From an uncultured virus (IMG/VR IMGVR_UViG_2061766007_004183) (taxonomy: Duplodnaviria; Heunggongvirae; Uroviricota; Caudoviricetes), in IMG/VR virus record IMGVR_UViG_2061766007_004183: a stretch of DNA of 64,000 nucleotides. The stretch is one strand, 5' to 3'. The first letter of the stretch is position 1; every line of letters starts with the position of its first letter. Positions 1-9,918 of the stretch are shown in pieces. The position numbers and the translations under genes were made by a program. The notes beneath the pieces were generated by a model. That model saw only the letters and a program-made list of their open reading frames with translations, had not been told where the DNA came from and did no database searches.

Positions 1-159
1 ATAATCTCCCAGCCAGCTTTCGATGCGTCGGCGTTCGTTATCATAGCTACGGGCGCTCTTGCGGTCATATTGCTCACGGCTCTTGAAGCCGTAGACGTAG
101 AACTCACGCATATACCCGCGGATCTTCTCAAAACTCTTGATTAGTTCGCTGTAGGCCAT
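1..159 (-). CDS. N-terminus of a probable WYL-domain protein (runs off the left edge)
   Basis: Not in the ORF track. Manual translation MAYSELIKSFEKIRGYMREFYVYGFKSREQYDRKSARSYDNERRRIESWLGDY, with GAGGAGGTG RBS upstream. Resembles the N-terminus of Clostridial WYL-domain proteins; the WYL domain itself is outside the window. Confidence 0.6.
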   Translation of the reverse strand, partial: MAYSELIKSFEKIRGYMREFYVYGFKSREQYDRKSARSYDNERRRIESWLGDY

Positions 160-218
160 GTCTTCACCTCCTCACTTTTGCCATATTCAAGCTGATGTGC
201 CCTGCTTTTCTGCCGCCC

Positions 219-932
219 TTACAGTCTGGCCACTTCCCACATGGTCTGCTTATCGAAAATATGCAGCGACCAGTTTTCACCATGACTTGGCACATTGGAC
301 AGGCCAAAGGTGTAATTGCGGTGGTTCCTGAGTTTGCTCACGTCAAAAACTTTGCCCGTGCTGTCATCGTGAAACAACTCCAGCCCGGTCTCGCCATTCT
401 CTAAACGCGCGCCATATCCCAGCCACACAAACCAGCAATGCACGAGCGAATCGTACATCCGCCTGTCATACTGACCGGCAGCGTCATACAAGACGTTGAA
501 GTCAATGTCTTTGAATACGCTCCAGCCGTCCACGATCAGGCCCTTATCTGCCTCATGTTCAAACAGGAGGGCAAAAGTATCTGCAGCGACGTATTCATTC
601 CCAATATAGGGCATAAGCTGCATTATGTTTTCACCGTCAACAACCGCATTAGGATCCAAGCCGAACTCCAGCAGCAGTTCGATGACCTGAAACAGATATG
701 TGCTATGCTCTCCCTCAACCAGAACTGCCGGTCTTGAGAAATAGTGTCCGCTACCTTCTTTTCCATATCCGTTTTCTATCGTTTCATCGAAACATTCTTC
801 CACGTAATTCAAAGCTACCCGGGAAAGCGACTCCGGGAAATAACCGCCGGTTTCCAATCTGGAACGGAGTTGTTTAAAGTCCGGAGGGATTTGAATAAGC
901 AGATCATAAAGGAGCCTTTCGTTAAAGGTCAA
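219..932 (-). CDS. hypothetical protein with ankyrin-like motifs
   Basis: ORF 219..992; likely TTG start at 932 behind GGAGG. Motifs LLLEFGLDPN and WLGYGA resemble ankyrin-repeat turns. Confidence 0.55.
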   Translation of the reverse strand: MTFNERLLYDLLIQIPPDFKQLRSRLETGGYFPESLSRVALNYVEECFDETIENGYGKEGSGHYFSRPAVLVEGEHSTYLFQVIELLLEFGLDPNAVVDGENIMQLMPYIGNEYVAADTFALLFEHEADKGLIVDGWSVFKDIDFNVLYDAAGQYDRRMYDSLVHCWFVWLGYGARLENGETGLELFHDDSTGKVFDVSKLRNHRNYTFGLSNVPSHGENWSLHIFDKQTMWEVARL

Positions 933-966
933 TTCGAACTTCCTCCATGGATTCCTTGCTGGGCAA

Positions 967-1551
967 TCAATCAAGAGCAGAACCGCTGACATTCACAAAG
1001 TCTTCGATCTGTCCACCCCAGCCGATCGCTGCATCTTCTGCCGTTAGTCCGTGATCGAGCAGCAGCCGCATCGTCCTCAGCATGCAGTCGTTTTTGACCC
1101 CGATGTAGTTCTTTATCGGACTCAAGACATCATCGTCATCATAAGGCACAGCCGGTTTAGAGATATCCATGCCGTAACGGAGAAACAGCTCTGTTATCTG
1201 ATAATAGTCCTCCTTTGTGTTCATTCCCTTATATAAATGCCAAACGACAGAGGTATACAGATTGTCAGGCCACCCGCCTTCTTCAATATACCCTAAAGGC
1301 TCAGCGCCTTTCTGCAGCAATTCTTCCGCGCGTTTGTAATCTATCACGTCTGCGGAATAGACTGCCAGCAGTTCCATATTCAAGGGAAGCTTTTGTTTGC
1401 GCTCCCAGGGAATGCCTTCTTTAATGATGTCTTGCATTGGTATTTTCTCTCCGTCACGTAATACGATAAAACGCTCTTTCGTGCGATCCTGCGCCTGTTT
1501 CCGGTAATAATCCCAGGAATAATCAACGCGGAATCTTCTTCTCATTCCCAA
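967..1551 (-). CDS. hypothetical protein with ankyrin-like motifs
   Basis: 194-aa ORF with GGAGGGAG RBS; motifs LLQKGAEP, LFLRYGMD, LLLDHGL. Confidence 0.55.
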   Translation of the reverse strand: MGMRRRFRVDYSWDYYRKQAQDRTKERFIVLRDGEKIPMQDIIKEGIPWERKQKLPLNMELLAVYSADVIDYKRAEELLQKGAEPLGYIEEGGWPDNLYTSVVWHLYKGMNTKEDYYQITELFLRYGMDISKPAVPYDDDDVLSPIKNYIGVKNDCMLRTMRLLLDHGLTAEDAAIGWGGQIEDFVNVSGSALD

Positions 1552-1609
1552 TCTCCCTCCAACTGCAGGACGTGAAACTCAAATACAGGCAGGCTCAATC
1601 ACCGGAGGA

Positions 1610-3064
1610 TCAGATCAATCTTGCGGTACAGCCCCACTTCGGAAACGCCTCATTGCCGTGCAGTATCCAAAGGACAGGAATCCCTGCCGCCGCTGATTCC
1701 GGCGGATACGCTCCCTTCCCATCAGTGAAGATCACGATACAGGAAGGCTCCAAATCCGCATGTTCCTGGATATACCGGAATATGCATCCGAAGTCGGTCC
1801 CTCCGTATCCGTGAGGCTTGATCCGCAGCAGCTCCCTGGTCGTACAGAATGGGATCGGCTTAGTCACAGATGTATTGAAAAAGCTAAGCAGTCCGGTCAG
1901 TTTGCCGTTGAACTGTTCGATCGCAGCATTGAGCTCTCCGTATACGATGGAGATCATTTCATCATCGACGGAACCGGAACTGTCGATCAGGAACAGGACG
2001 TCTCGAAGCTTTTCATCACGCTCATTGAAATCCGGAAGAAAGAACCCGGTATCGTCAAAGCGTCTGTCAGGCGGTTGGAACGAATAGTCATGGAACTCTT
2101 CCTGAAGGAAGCCGTTCAGCAGTTTCCGCCATTCCAGCTTTGCGCTCAACACGCTTTTCAGAATGCGATCCATGACGTCTTTGTGTTTTGACGTTGCGGC
2201 TTCCATGTTTTCGATCATGTGGATCAAGCGGTTGATCGCGTCGTCAAGCTCCTGCGTGTTCCGATCATCCCGTTTGCTGTCTGTGCCTTGTTTTACTTCA
2301 GGTTCTGCTTCCGGTATCGGCGTGTCGTGGTCTTTCAGAGTATCGGAGCCATTGTCAACGTTTACAATACCGGGAGGATCAACTTCATCCGGCTCACTGT
2401 TATCATATGGCTCATCCGACGGCGGTCCGAACTTCCTGAGGTCCTTAACATGAAGGACCGGACCATTTTTCTCTTCGTCCCTGACAACTTCCGATGACAA
2501 TCCTTTGTAGCCCGGATAGAGGATCAGGGTCCCGTCCTCCGGCATCCCAAAGCGCCCCCACCATTCATCGGAATCGATGCGGAAAGCACGGCGCTGACCA
2601 GGCTTGAGTTTCATTGGGTCGAACGGGACTGCGCGATATGATTCGATCGGCGTCAGGATGCTTCCCTCGAATTCCGGAAAGTACGTCGTGTGGGGCAGCT
2701 TTCCGATATGCTGATACTGCTCGGCTGTCAGGCCCAATTCCCGCATGAAGGAATTCAGAATGATGTCGCAGGCGTGATGGTATCTGTCCCCGGCAAAGAA
2801 TGCCGGGCGTTTCACATCGTCCCGAATCAAATGGAGGACCTGATGGCTCAGGATGTAATCCATTTCCTTTCCGGTCAGCTTCTGAAGCCAATCCGGATCG
2901 AAATAGATGATCCTTCCGTTTGTTGATATCCGGAATACCTGCTTGGTGGCCACATATTTCAGATACATGAGCACAAGGGCAAACTCCGGATTATCCACCA
3001 TGAGTCGGGCCCGGGAGCGTTGGATCATGGTGCGAAGCCTGTTCTGCCGCTGCAGCGAAATCAT
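1610..3064 (-). CDS. metallopeptidase-like (DUF2201) + vWA domain protein, partner of MoxR ATPase
   Basis: STNGRIIYFDP, HQVLH (degenerate HExxH), MIDAS motif IDSSGS, GGTDF, IFTDG. ATG at 3064 overlaps the upstream stop (ATGA). Confidence 0.85.
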   Translation of the reverse strand: MISLQRQNRLRTMIQRSRARLMVDNPEFALVLMYLKYVATKQVFRISTNGRIIYFDPDWLQKLTGKEMDYILSHQVLHLIRDDVKRPAFFAGDRYHHACDIILNSFMRELGLTAEQYQHIGKLPHTTYFPEFEGSILTPIESYRAVPFDPMKLKPGQRRAFRIDSDEWWGRFGMPEDGTLILYPGYKGLSSEVVRDEEKNGPVLHVKDLRKFGPPSDEPYDNSEPDEVDPPGIVNVDNGSDTLKDHDTPIPEAEPEVKQGTDSKRDDRNTQELDDAINRLIHMIENMEAATSKHKDVMDRILKSVLSAKLEWRKLLNGFLQEEFHDYSFQPPDRRFDDTGFFLPDFNERDEKLRDVLFLIDSSGSVDDEMISIVYGELNAAIEQFNGKLTGLLSFFNTSVTKPIPFCTTRELLRIKPHGYGGTDFGCIFRYIQEHADLEPSCIVIFTDGKGAYPPESAAAGIPVLWILHGNEAFPKWGCTARLI

Positions 3065-4170
3065 TTGAGGCGTCCTTCTTCCCGGTTGTATTCGATCCAT
3101 TCGGAGAACGTCCTGTCATTCTGCAGATCCTGACGGATATGGCGAATGTTATAGTAGTCGCTGAACAGGCGGAATCGGTACTCCATCGGCATTTTCAAGG
3201 CATATTCCACGGAGTTTTTCAACTCCGCAAGAGTCCGCCCTCTCCGGGCATAGTCCACCATGGCGGCAACGGTAGCATAAAGGAGTTCCGGCGGTTCCGA
3301 GGACAGGTCCTTCTTCTTCCCGTTCCCAAACACATCTTTCATATCGGGAATCCTCTGGTATATCTCATACCAGGTCTGCAGCGTGGCTGCGGTCTTGGCC
3401 CCGACACAGCCGGCGATCAGAGGATAGACCTCCGTAATGTTCTCCGAAACATCTCGAAGGATATTGCTTACCATTTCCCATGTACGCGGTGTAGGAAATG
3501 CGAGATTATCGCTTGAAGGATCGAATCCGTTCAGGACGGAGGAGTTGTAATCGAGAAATCCCATCACGATAGGGTGAATGTCAGTCTGGACCGCCCAATC
3601 ATGCCAGGCGCCGGAATCGCCTTTGATCTCTATGTGGCAAAGACGGTTGGCCAGAGCCTTCGGCATGTTGAAGGCAACGCTTCGATCCGTGATTCTGTTG
3701 CCCGCAGCAATCACGATGCAGTTTTCTGGAAGCCGATGCTCACCGACGGTCCTGTCCAGTGTGATCTGATACGCTGCTGCCTGAACGGATTGCGGCGCAG
3801 CGGTAATCTCATCAAGGAACAGGATGTTGATCACGTCACGCGAAGCATCCATCTGAAAGATCTGTGGGCGAAGCCAAACAGCGAGGGTCTTGTCCTCGTT
3901 TGCAGTGGGGATACCACGGAGATCCACTGGATTGAAAAGCAGAAGCCGGACGTCAGTTACATGTACGGTCTTTCCGGTGTTCTCCTTGATCTTCTCCGCG
4001 ATCTGGCGAATGCCTTGGGACTTGCCGACACCAGGAGGCCCCCAGAGCATCACTGAAGGGAAGTTCCGCAGCGGCGTATTCTTGCTGATCAGCGCAGTGT
4101 AGGCAGTGGACAAGAGTTCGGTCATCTGCGAAACGTCTAGCTGTATGACCCCATTGTTTTGTGTCAGCAT
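3061..4170 (-). CDS. MoxR-family AAA+ ATPase
   Basis: Walker A GPPGVGKS, Walker B LFLDE, AAGNR, ALANR, FPTPRTWE. Confidence 0.9.
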   Translation of the reverse strand: MLTQNNGVIQLDVSQMTELLSTAYTALISKNTPLRNFPSVMLWGPPGVGKSQGIRQIAEKIKENTGKTVHVTDVRLLLFNPVDLRGIPTANEDKTLAVWLRPQIFQMDASRDVINILFLDEITAAPQSVQAAAYQITLDRTVGEHRLPENCIVIAAGNRITDRSVAFNMPKALANRLCHIEIKGDSGAWHDWAVQTDIHPIVMGFLDYNSSVLNGFDPSSDNLAFPTPRTWEMVSNILRDVSENITEVYPLIAGCVGAKTAATLQTWYEIYQRIPDMKDVFGNGKKKDLSSEPPELLYATVAAMVDYARRGRTLAELKNSVEYALKMPMEYRFRLFSDYYNIRHIRQDLQNDRTFSEWIEYNREEGRLK

Positions 4171-4205
4171 TCTGCACCTCTTCTAATACGTGTGTTTTAC
4201 GTTTT

Positions 4206-4949
4206 TTAATCCTCTAAGACGATCACATTTACCGTCTGACTTACAGCAGTATGCGCGTCGATAGCGATCACGTGCTCACCATAATAAGGCGAGTGGTCTG
4301 CCTCAGGTCCAGTCACCGTTCCTCTGCCTTCAAACTTAGCATGCCCATAAGATGAGGCGCTGTGTCCGCATACCACGGTTTTCTTTTCCATAAAAGACTC
4401 CGCGGCATCCATCCCGTTGTACCAACGAGCTTTCTCCCAACTGTCAAGGCTGGCAGTCCTCCAGTCCTCGTCGTAGACTAGTCCGTCGTACTCATGAATG
4501 CATGGTACCCATCCATGTGTAAAAACGTAATGATTAGTCTCGTAATAGTCCAGCATGGCGGGAATAATACGTCTGTAGAACGGGGTTGCTCTTGCTTCGG
4601 CGGCAAATTCTTGATAATTCGCTGCTTGTTTCGGTTCGAACCCAGTCAGAAGCAACGCGGTAAGATAGGTCCCGTTTTGAAGGTGATCTTCGTAAGGCAA
4701 ACCCTCATCCACTGTTACCAGTCTCTCGAAAAGGTCTTCATGGTTCCCTCTGATCAGGATTATCTGTCTTGCTTCCATCTGTTCCAACACGAACTCTTGG
4801 AGCTCTTTTGCCTCCATCCCTCGATCAAAGAGATCACCCAGAATAATGAGTTTGTGTTCGTCCCGATCGGAGAAATAGCCTTTCTCTTCCAGCGCCTTTG
4901 TAAAGCAGCCAAAGAAGCCGTGAATGTCTGAAGCAACATAGTATCTCAT
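4206..4949 (-). CDS. calcineurin-like metallophosphoesterase (Ser/Thr phosphatase-like)
   Basis: DIHG, GDLFDRG, GNHE, THG and CGH motifs. Confidence 0.9.
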   Translation of the reverse strand: MRYYVASDIHGFFGCFTKALEEKGYFSDRDEHKLIILGDLFDRGMEAKELQEFVLEQMEARQIILIRGNHEDLFERLVTVDEGLPYEDHLQNGTYLTALLLTGFEPKQAANYQEFAAEARATPFYRRIIPAMLDYYETNHYVFTHGWVPCIHEYDGLVYDEDWRTASLDSWEKARWYNGMDAAESFMEKKTVVCGHSASSYGHAKFEGRGTVTGPEADHSPYYGEHVIAIDAHTAVSQTVNVIVLED

Positions 4950-4995
4950 AGGAATTACCTCTTGCCTGTGGTTAACAATCTCCTTCCAAATTTCA

Positions 4996-5616
4996 TTAGC
5001 ATTCAGGAGGTTCCGGAGGCGCTTCTATAACGACCCAGTAGTATTCGATAATATCGGCATAATAGCGCAGCAAACAATTATCTGTCGCAATGTCGATTTC
5101 CGTGGGAAGGTCGCCTTTTTCTTCTGCTTCCTCTGCGATACATTCATCAAACTCTGGGTGTGGGAATGCCCAGCAATTCGCTCCCTTTACAGCCACGGAA
5201 TCGACGCGTGAATTCTGGTAATCGAAAGTGACGTCGTGATCTGCGAGACTGAAATAGTAGTTCCACAGGTTATCCGGCTCTTGATTTGCTATTTCGGTGA
5301 TTGTGACCGCACTGCTGGGGAAATACCTGTACTTAATCATTCCAATCGCTTGAATTTCAAGTTCAAGCGTTGTGTTCTCAAACACCAGGAAAGCACCGCC
5401 ACCGCCCAAATACGACATGTCTATAACGTTCGTTCTGCTGTGCAGCGAGTTATGATACCCGTATAAACAGACATACAAGCCCCGGATCCTTTGCCCCACA
5501 AGAAGGGCGCTCAATTCCTGTTGGAGCTTTTCCGCAGAGTAACTGTAAACCTTTTTGCCATTTGGTAATTCGATTCTGTAGTATCTGATCGTATCAGGAC
5601 TTGGTATTCGAGCCAT
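4996..5616 (-). CDS. hypothetical protein
   Basis: 206-aa ORF co-oriented in the operon, GAGGAG RBS; no recognisable motif. Confidence 0.65.
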   Translation of the reverse strand: MARIPSPDTIRYYRIELPNGKKVYSYSAEKLQQELSALLVGQRIRGLYVCLYGYHNSLHSRTNVIDMSYLGGGGAFLVFENTTLELEIQAIGMIKYRYFPSSAVTITEIANQEPDNLWNYYFSLADHDVTFDYQNSRVDSVAVKGANCWAFPHPEFDECIAEEAEEKGDLPTEIDIATDNCLLRYYADIIEYYWVVIEAPPEPPEC

Positions 5617-5661
5617 CGAACAACTCCTCGAATCTGAAAAGGACTGCCCCTATGCTTTGCA

Positions 5662-6497
5662 TCAACCGAGCAGCAGTTTTTTGATAAAGCCCGCATACTC
5701 CTCCCGGAGCGGGAGCTCAGTATCCACCTTCAGTGTGTGCCGTTCCGCATTTTCGGTCTCGCCGGTAATAGGGTTGAATCCTTGCTTGATGTATGTATCN
5801 NNNNNNNNNACGGATCGGGAGCTCAGCATCTACCTTCAGTGTTCGCCGTTCCGCGTTTTCGGTCTCGCCGGTAATAGGGTTGAATCCTTGCTTGATGTAT
5901 GTATCCCAGTAAACGCCCATCCCACGCTTTTGCCAGCTGGGAAGCTCGTCATAATTGATCCCGTTCTGGAACAACAGCTCGTTCTTGAATGCTACGGATT
6001 GTCCTTCCAGCGTTTCCGTCGCCTCCGCAACGCTCTTTCCCTGTTTGCGGAGCATCCAATAGCAGTGAGAATTGAGGGAGTTCCGATGTGCGTCCTCTTG
6101 CCGCCACAGGAAATAATCCTGCACACGCTCCAGATTCGGCAGCGGAACCATCCTGCAATCAAAGATGGCTTGCCGGCCCAGCTGCATGGAGAATGCCGCA
6201 CTCGCCACACCCGCAAGCAAGGAGTTGTACTTCCGCACCTTTCGACCGAAGTCGTTCACTTCGGGATGAAANNNNNNNNNNCACCCGAAAGCCATAAGAC
6301 ATAAGCGCCTTGACGGTTTCAACCATCATATCTCTGAACCGTTCGTCAAAAGGAGCTTCGAATTTGCATATGTCTTTCGTCAGCCGTGTGAAACGGTTGC
6401 CGTCCAGCCTGGCAACAAGATACAAGTCTGGCAGCAGCACCTGATCCAAAGACTGCTCATAGACCCGCATCTTGGCGTCAAGATCATCAAAGTTCAT
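5662..6497 (-). CDS. thg1: tRNA(His) guanylyltransferase Thg1-like 3'-5' polymerase (interrupted by two assembly gaps)
   Basis: MNFDDLDAKMRVYE...VARLDGNRFTRLT, then FDCR, YFLWRQEDAHRNSLN, GINYDELPSWQKRG. C-terminus read left of the gap ends ...FIKKLLLG* at 5662. Confidence 0.85.
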
Positions 6498-6939
6498 TTC
6501 CTTCCCTCCAATCGGAGATCTCCATCTGGTCACCGTCGTTCTTCACGAAGTAAAGGTCATCAAATCCCTCACTGCGGCTCGGCATTTCCAACCGGTTTGA
6601 AGTCATTGCAATGGCGGTGGCGGGGATTCTTTCCTTTCCCTGACGGAGATCGTTTCTGCGTATGCACTCCTGCAGCCGAGACTGCAGGAAGTATCCGACC
6701 ACATGGTACCCCTCAGTTTTAGCGCCCGTAATGTATCTTGCCCGATCCTCGCGGGTCGGGTTCGTATTATCTACGACGTAACTCAGGCCTTTAGCCTGGC
6801 ACTCCGATATCATACGCTTCTCGTTGTTTCTCGTTTTCAGGGTATCCAGATTGACGCGCGGAATATCGGGAAGATGTCTAAGGCAGAACGTTGTTTTTCC
6901 GCTGCCCTGGATCCCCATCATGATGTACATTGTTTTCAT
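6487..6939 (-). CDS. P-loop kinase, polynucleotide-kinase-like (AAA_33 type)
   Basis: GIQGSGKT, VNLD, VVDNTN, PSRSEGFD; overlaps the thg1 start. Confidence 0.85.
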   Translation of the reverse strand: MKTMYIMMGIQGSGKTTFCLRHLPDIPRVNLDTLKTRNNEKRMISECQAKGLSYVVDNTNPTREDRARYITGAKTEGYHVVGYFLQSRLQECIRRNDLRQGKERIPATAIAMTSNRLEMPSRSEGFDDLYFVKNDGDQMEISDWREGNEL

Positions 6940-6953
6940 ATCTTCTCAAGATT

Positions 6954-7772
6954 TCATTTCTCAGGTTCTTTGTTGGCCCCGAACAGGCTTTCAAAACCTG
7001 TGAGGATCTCTGTCAGATCCTCCGGCAGGTATGAAAGTGCTTTCTCGCGTAGAGCCTTTGGGATGCCGAAATATGGCCCTGCGATACTCCCTGCAATGGC
7101 AGCCTGTGTATCGCTGTCTCCACCAAGGGAGACCGCATTGCGAATGGCGTCCTCGAAGCTTTCCGCCTCAAGGAATGCCTGGATCGCCTGGGGAACCGAT
7201 CCCTGGCAGGTCACATCGAACCTGTAGTCGGGGCGAATCTCCGCCAGAGTCTCGTTCAGCGGATAATAATTCTTCCTGACATGATCTCTGATCGTCTCAC
7301 GATTCTCTCCCATCCTAGCCAGGTAGATGCAGGCAGTTACCGCCCGGGCTCCTTTCATGCCCTCCGGATGATTGTGCGATACGGCAGTGACCGCATCCGA
7401 GAAGCGAAGCGCTTCCTCCAGGCTCTCGGCTGCCCACGCCACGGGGCTGACACGCATGGCCGAACCGTTGCCAAAGCTGTTATAGGGAGGAGGATCATCT
7501 GTGGCCAACCAGCGGATAAATGTTCCGCCGTATCCTCGGTTTCGATAGCGCCTTCCGACCAACTGCATCCACTTAATAGCACAATCTGAAAGCCCACCAC
7601 CGCCACCGGTAAAGTCAATCAGTGCGCCCGCAATTGCCAGAGTCATGGCCGAATCATCCGTAAAGCTGCAGTTGTTGCCCCTGGTATCGCTGAAAAGGGG
7701 AAAATCCTTTCTCTTTGTCCCGCCGAATTCATAGACTGAACCGACGATATCTCCTATGATCGCTCCGATCAT
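6954..7772 (-). CDS. ADP-ribosylglycohydrolase (DraG/ARH family)
   Basis: GAIIGDIVGS, FTDDS, SFGNGSAMR, SHNHPEG, GGDSDT. Confidence 0.95.
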   Translation of the reverse strand: MIGAIIGDIVGSVYEFGGTKRKDFPLFSDTRGNNCSFTDDSAMTLAIAGALIDFTGGGGGLSDCAIKWMQLVGRRYRNRGYGGTFIRWLATDDPPPYNSFGNGSAMRVSPVAWAAESLEEALRFSDAVTAVSHNHPEGMKGARAVTACIYLARMGENRETIRDHVRKNYYPLNETLAEIRPDYRFDVTCQGSVPQAIQAFLEAESFEDAIRNAVSLGGDSDTQAAIAGSIAGPYFGIPKALREKALSYLPEDLTEILTGFESLFGANKEPEK

Positions 7773-7814
7773 ACTTACACCTCCAATTCATTTGCTCAAG
7801 CAACCATTCAAGTA

Positions 7815-8132
7815 TCACACTTCAAAAGCCTTTAAGATTTCATAGAAGAAAGTCTTTCCAAGAGCTTTTGACACTTCGTCAGTACAATATCGATCGCAGG
7901 CGCACTGCACACAGTAGGTTGCATATGCCGCTAGGTCCTTTTTCTTCGAAAGATGAAAGTCTTCCACAACTTCCCACAAATGTGTGTGATATGGCTCATT
8001 CATCTCTTCCAATTTCTTTTGCAGCGCCTTATCGGTGAGATCACGCAGCACAGTGAATTCTTCAGTCGTGTGTCCGCCGCCGTGCGTATCCCTATGCCAG
8101 GTCAGCTTTCTCAGAATAATGAATCGCTTCAT
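7815..8132 (-). CDS. hypothetical protein
   Basis: Likely start MKRFIILRK at 8132 behind GGAGGG. Confidence 0.55.
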   Translation of the reverse strand: MKRFIILRKLTWHRDTHGGGHTTEEFTVLRDLTDKALQKKLEEMNEPYHTHLWEVVEDFHLSKKKDLAAYATYCVQCACDRYCTDEVSKALGKTFFYEILKAFEV

Positions 8133-8210
8133 CGATTTGTTGCCCTCCGCGCAGCAAGCCATTCTGTCGCCCAGAAAAGACGCCATCATGTATGACGATT
8201 TGCCTCCAAA

Positions 8211-9014
8211 TCACTGTTCAACCGCAAAATCCGCCTTGATATCCGCATACATTATGACCGCCGCTCCCGGTACCAGGCCGTCGAGATCAAATACATCCCG
8301 GCCCATAGCGGTCGGAAGCAAGCCCAAAGCAGAGTTTACCTGAGCGATCACAAACGGGATCTTTGTTTTCCCAAAACGGACTTCCACATCCCGCACGGAT
8401 CTCACCGTTCCGACGATCACCGAGAATGTTTCGCCCTTCAGCGCATCATCCTGACTGAGGCTGCCCGGGGCTGCAAAGTGTTCATGCAGCCTGAGCTCCT
8501 CCATACCTGGCTCTTCGCCCCGATGACCGGAAAAACCAAGTTTCTGATTGAGCTCATCGAGATCTTTATACACAGTCAACCGAAACGGGAATGCGCTTGT
8601 ACGTACGGTCTGCGTAGTGTTTTCGATTTCCTGCCTGATCAGGTAACGGTTCACCGTTTCCACTTGCAGGCGCTGACCTTCATCCGTTGCTTCAACGTCG
8701 TAATACTCATTGGCGTCAGATGATGCCGGCAGTTTCTCCAGAAACCGAAGCTCAGTCGTGGATTCGCTGTCGAGCGTGATATCCAGGTCCAGGACATTCA
8801 GCGACTTCTCATCTGCGCTTCTGTACATCGTATAAACGAGTTTTCCTATGCGCTGACCAGAGAGCACATCCACCAAGAACTGCGCCATTTGGATGTAGTT
8901 CTGATCCTCGCTGATAACCGCGGCGTCGGAATGCTCTAGGGCACCCTTGAGCAGCGCAGCCAAAAGCCCACTGTCATTGCTCTTGGCAGTCAGAGATTGA
9001 ATATGAATCGGCAA
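8211..9014 (-). CDS. hypothetical protein
   Basis: 267-aa ORF with TTG start, directly downstream of the 23-bp operator and -10 box. Confidence 0.6.
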   Translation of the reverse strand: MPIHIQSLTAKSNDSGLLAALLKGALEHSDAAVISEDQNYIQMAQFLVDVLSGQRIGKLVYTMYRSADEKSLNVLDLDITLDSESTTELRFLEKLPASSDANEYYDVEATDEGQRLQVETVNRYLIRQEIENTTQTVRTSAFPFRLTVYKDLDELNQKLGFSGHRGEEPGMEELRLHEHFAAPGSLSQDDALKGETFSVIVGTVRSVRDVEVRFGKTKIPFVIAQVNSALGLLPTAMGRDVFDLDGLVPGAAVIMYADIKADFAVEQ

Positions 9015-9070
9015 ACAATCACCAGCTTTCCGGGATTCTGGCCAAAGGATATCATATCCACAATCAAAAA

Positions 9071-9093
9071 TGGTCGCCTTTACTACGACATTT
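9071..9093. promoter_or_regulatory. 23-bp operator-like element, copy 1 (TGGTCGCCTTTACTACGACATTT)
   Basis: Identical copy at 26803-26825. Internal dyad GTCG-N9-CGAC. Minus-strand TATGAT at 9051-9056 lies downstream. Confidence 0.7.
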
Positions 9094-9823
9094 ACCTACC
9101 GATCGGTTTGAGGTACAGCATTGCGAGTACGCTGTTGATTTTGTTCAGGCTATACATTCGCTCACGGATGAAATACTCGATCACAATGTCCCGCTTATTG
9201 CTGTGGGAAAGGATGTAGCCTGCTCTTTCCAGCAGATCATTTGCTTCTGCAAGCGGCAGCTGAAGGGCAAGCGCAATGGCGATGGCGGTATCCTTTGCCG
9301 GCTTGTAGTTCTTATCCGACATGATTTTCGAGAACAGCCGTCGGTCGATCTGTGCGGCTTTATATACTGCCGAATCCCGGACGCCCTTCTGGCGGATAAT
9401 CTCTATCACCCTATCCACAAACGACTGCTTGGCCGCCCTTTCCAGCACTGCATCAAGATCGGCGATGCTGCGTTCCGAAATATCCCCTTGCATGGCAGAA
9501 TCGACCGCTTCGGAATCGTATTCATCCAGGCTGAACCTGGGTTCGTAGTCTTTGTCTATTCTAGCGCTGTACTTTACGCCGGAATTTTGGAGATAGTCTA
9601 AATAGAACGGATCGATCTCACGACTGTACCTTGCGCCGCTATCAGTCGAGGGCTGGTCATTCACAGATGGTGTGGTCGATGGAGACTGAGGCTTGACAGG
9701 AGAAATATAAGTGTTCAGAACATACTCTCTCGCTCCGTAGTAATAATCCATTACACGGGCAGCTTTTATGCTTGCGATAAACGACTTGAACATTTTTGGC
9801 CCTCCAATCTCCATATTACTCAT
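9092..9823 (-). CDS. XRE-like HTH regulator
   Basis: C-terminal DSAVYKAAQIDRRLFSKI...AIALALQL...LLERAGYILS. This HTH type is commonly fused to macro domains in Clostridia. Confidence 0.75.
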   Translation of the reverse strand: MSNMEIGGPKMFKSFIASIKAARVMDYYYGAREYVLNTYISPVKPQSPSTTPSVNDQPSTDSGARYSREIDPFYLDYLQNSGVKYSARIDKDYEPRFSLDEYDSEAVDSAMQGDISERSIADLDAVLERAAKQSFVDRVIEIIRQKGVRDSAVYKAAQIDRRLFSKIMSDKNYKPAKDTAIAIALALQLPLAEANDLLERAGYILSHSNKRDIVIEYFIRERMYSLNKINSVLAMLYLKPIGR

Positions 9824-9832
9824 ATCAGCATA

Positions 9833-9877
9833 CTGATTCTACATCCGATGGTGGTCAAAAAAACGGACACCATGATG
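9833..9877 (-). promoter_or_regulatory. promoter with TGTCC-N8-GGACA-type dyad, copy 1
   Basis: Minus strand TGTCC-gttttttt-GACCA (9852-9869), 10 bp spacer, then TAGAAT (9836-9841). Near-duplicate of 11941-11986. Confidence 0.65.
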
Positions 9878-9918
9878 AAATGCAACCAAATGCAACTATG
9901 CTCAATTGCTTAGATGTC

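Noticed and set aside
5701..5905. Near-identical ~95-bp direct repeat at the 3' end of thg1
   Set aside because: The copies sit on either side of a 10-N gap and differ by a few substitutions, as expected for overlapping contig ends from strain variants; not evidence of a real duplication or a diversity-generating repeat.
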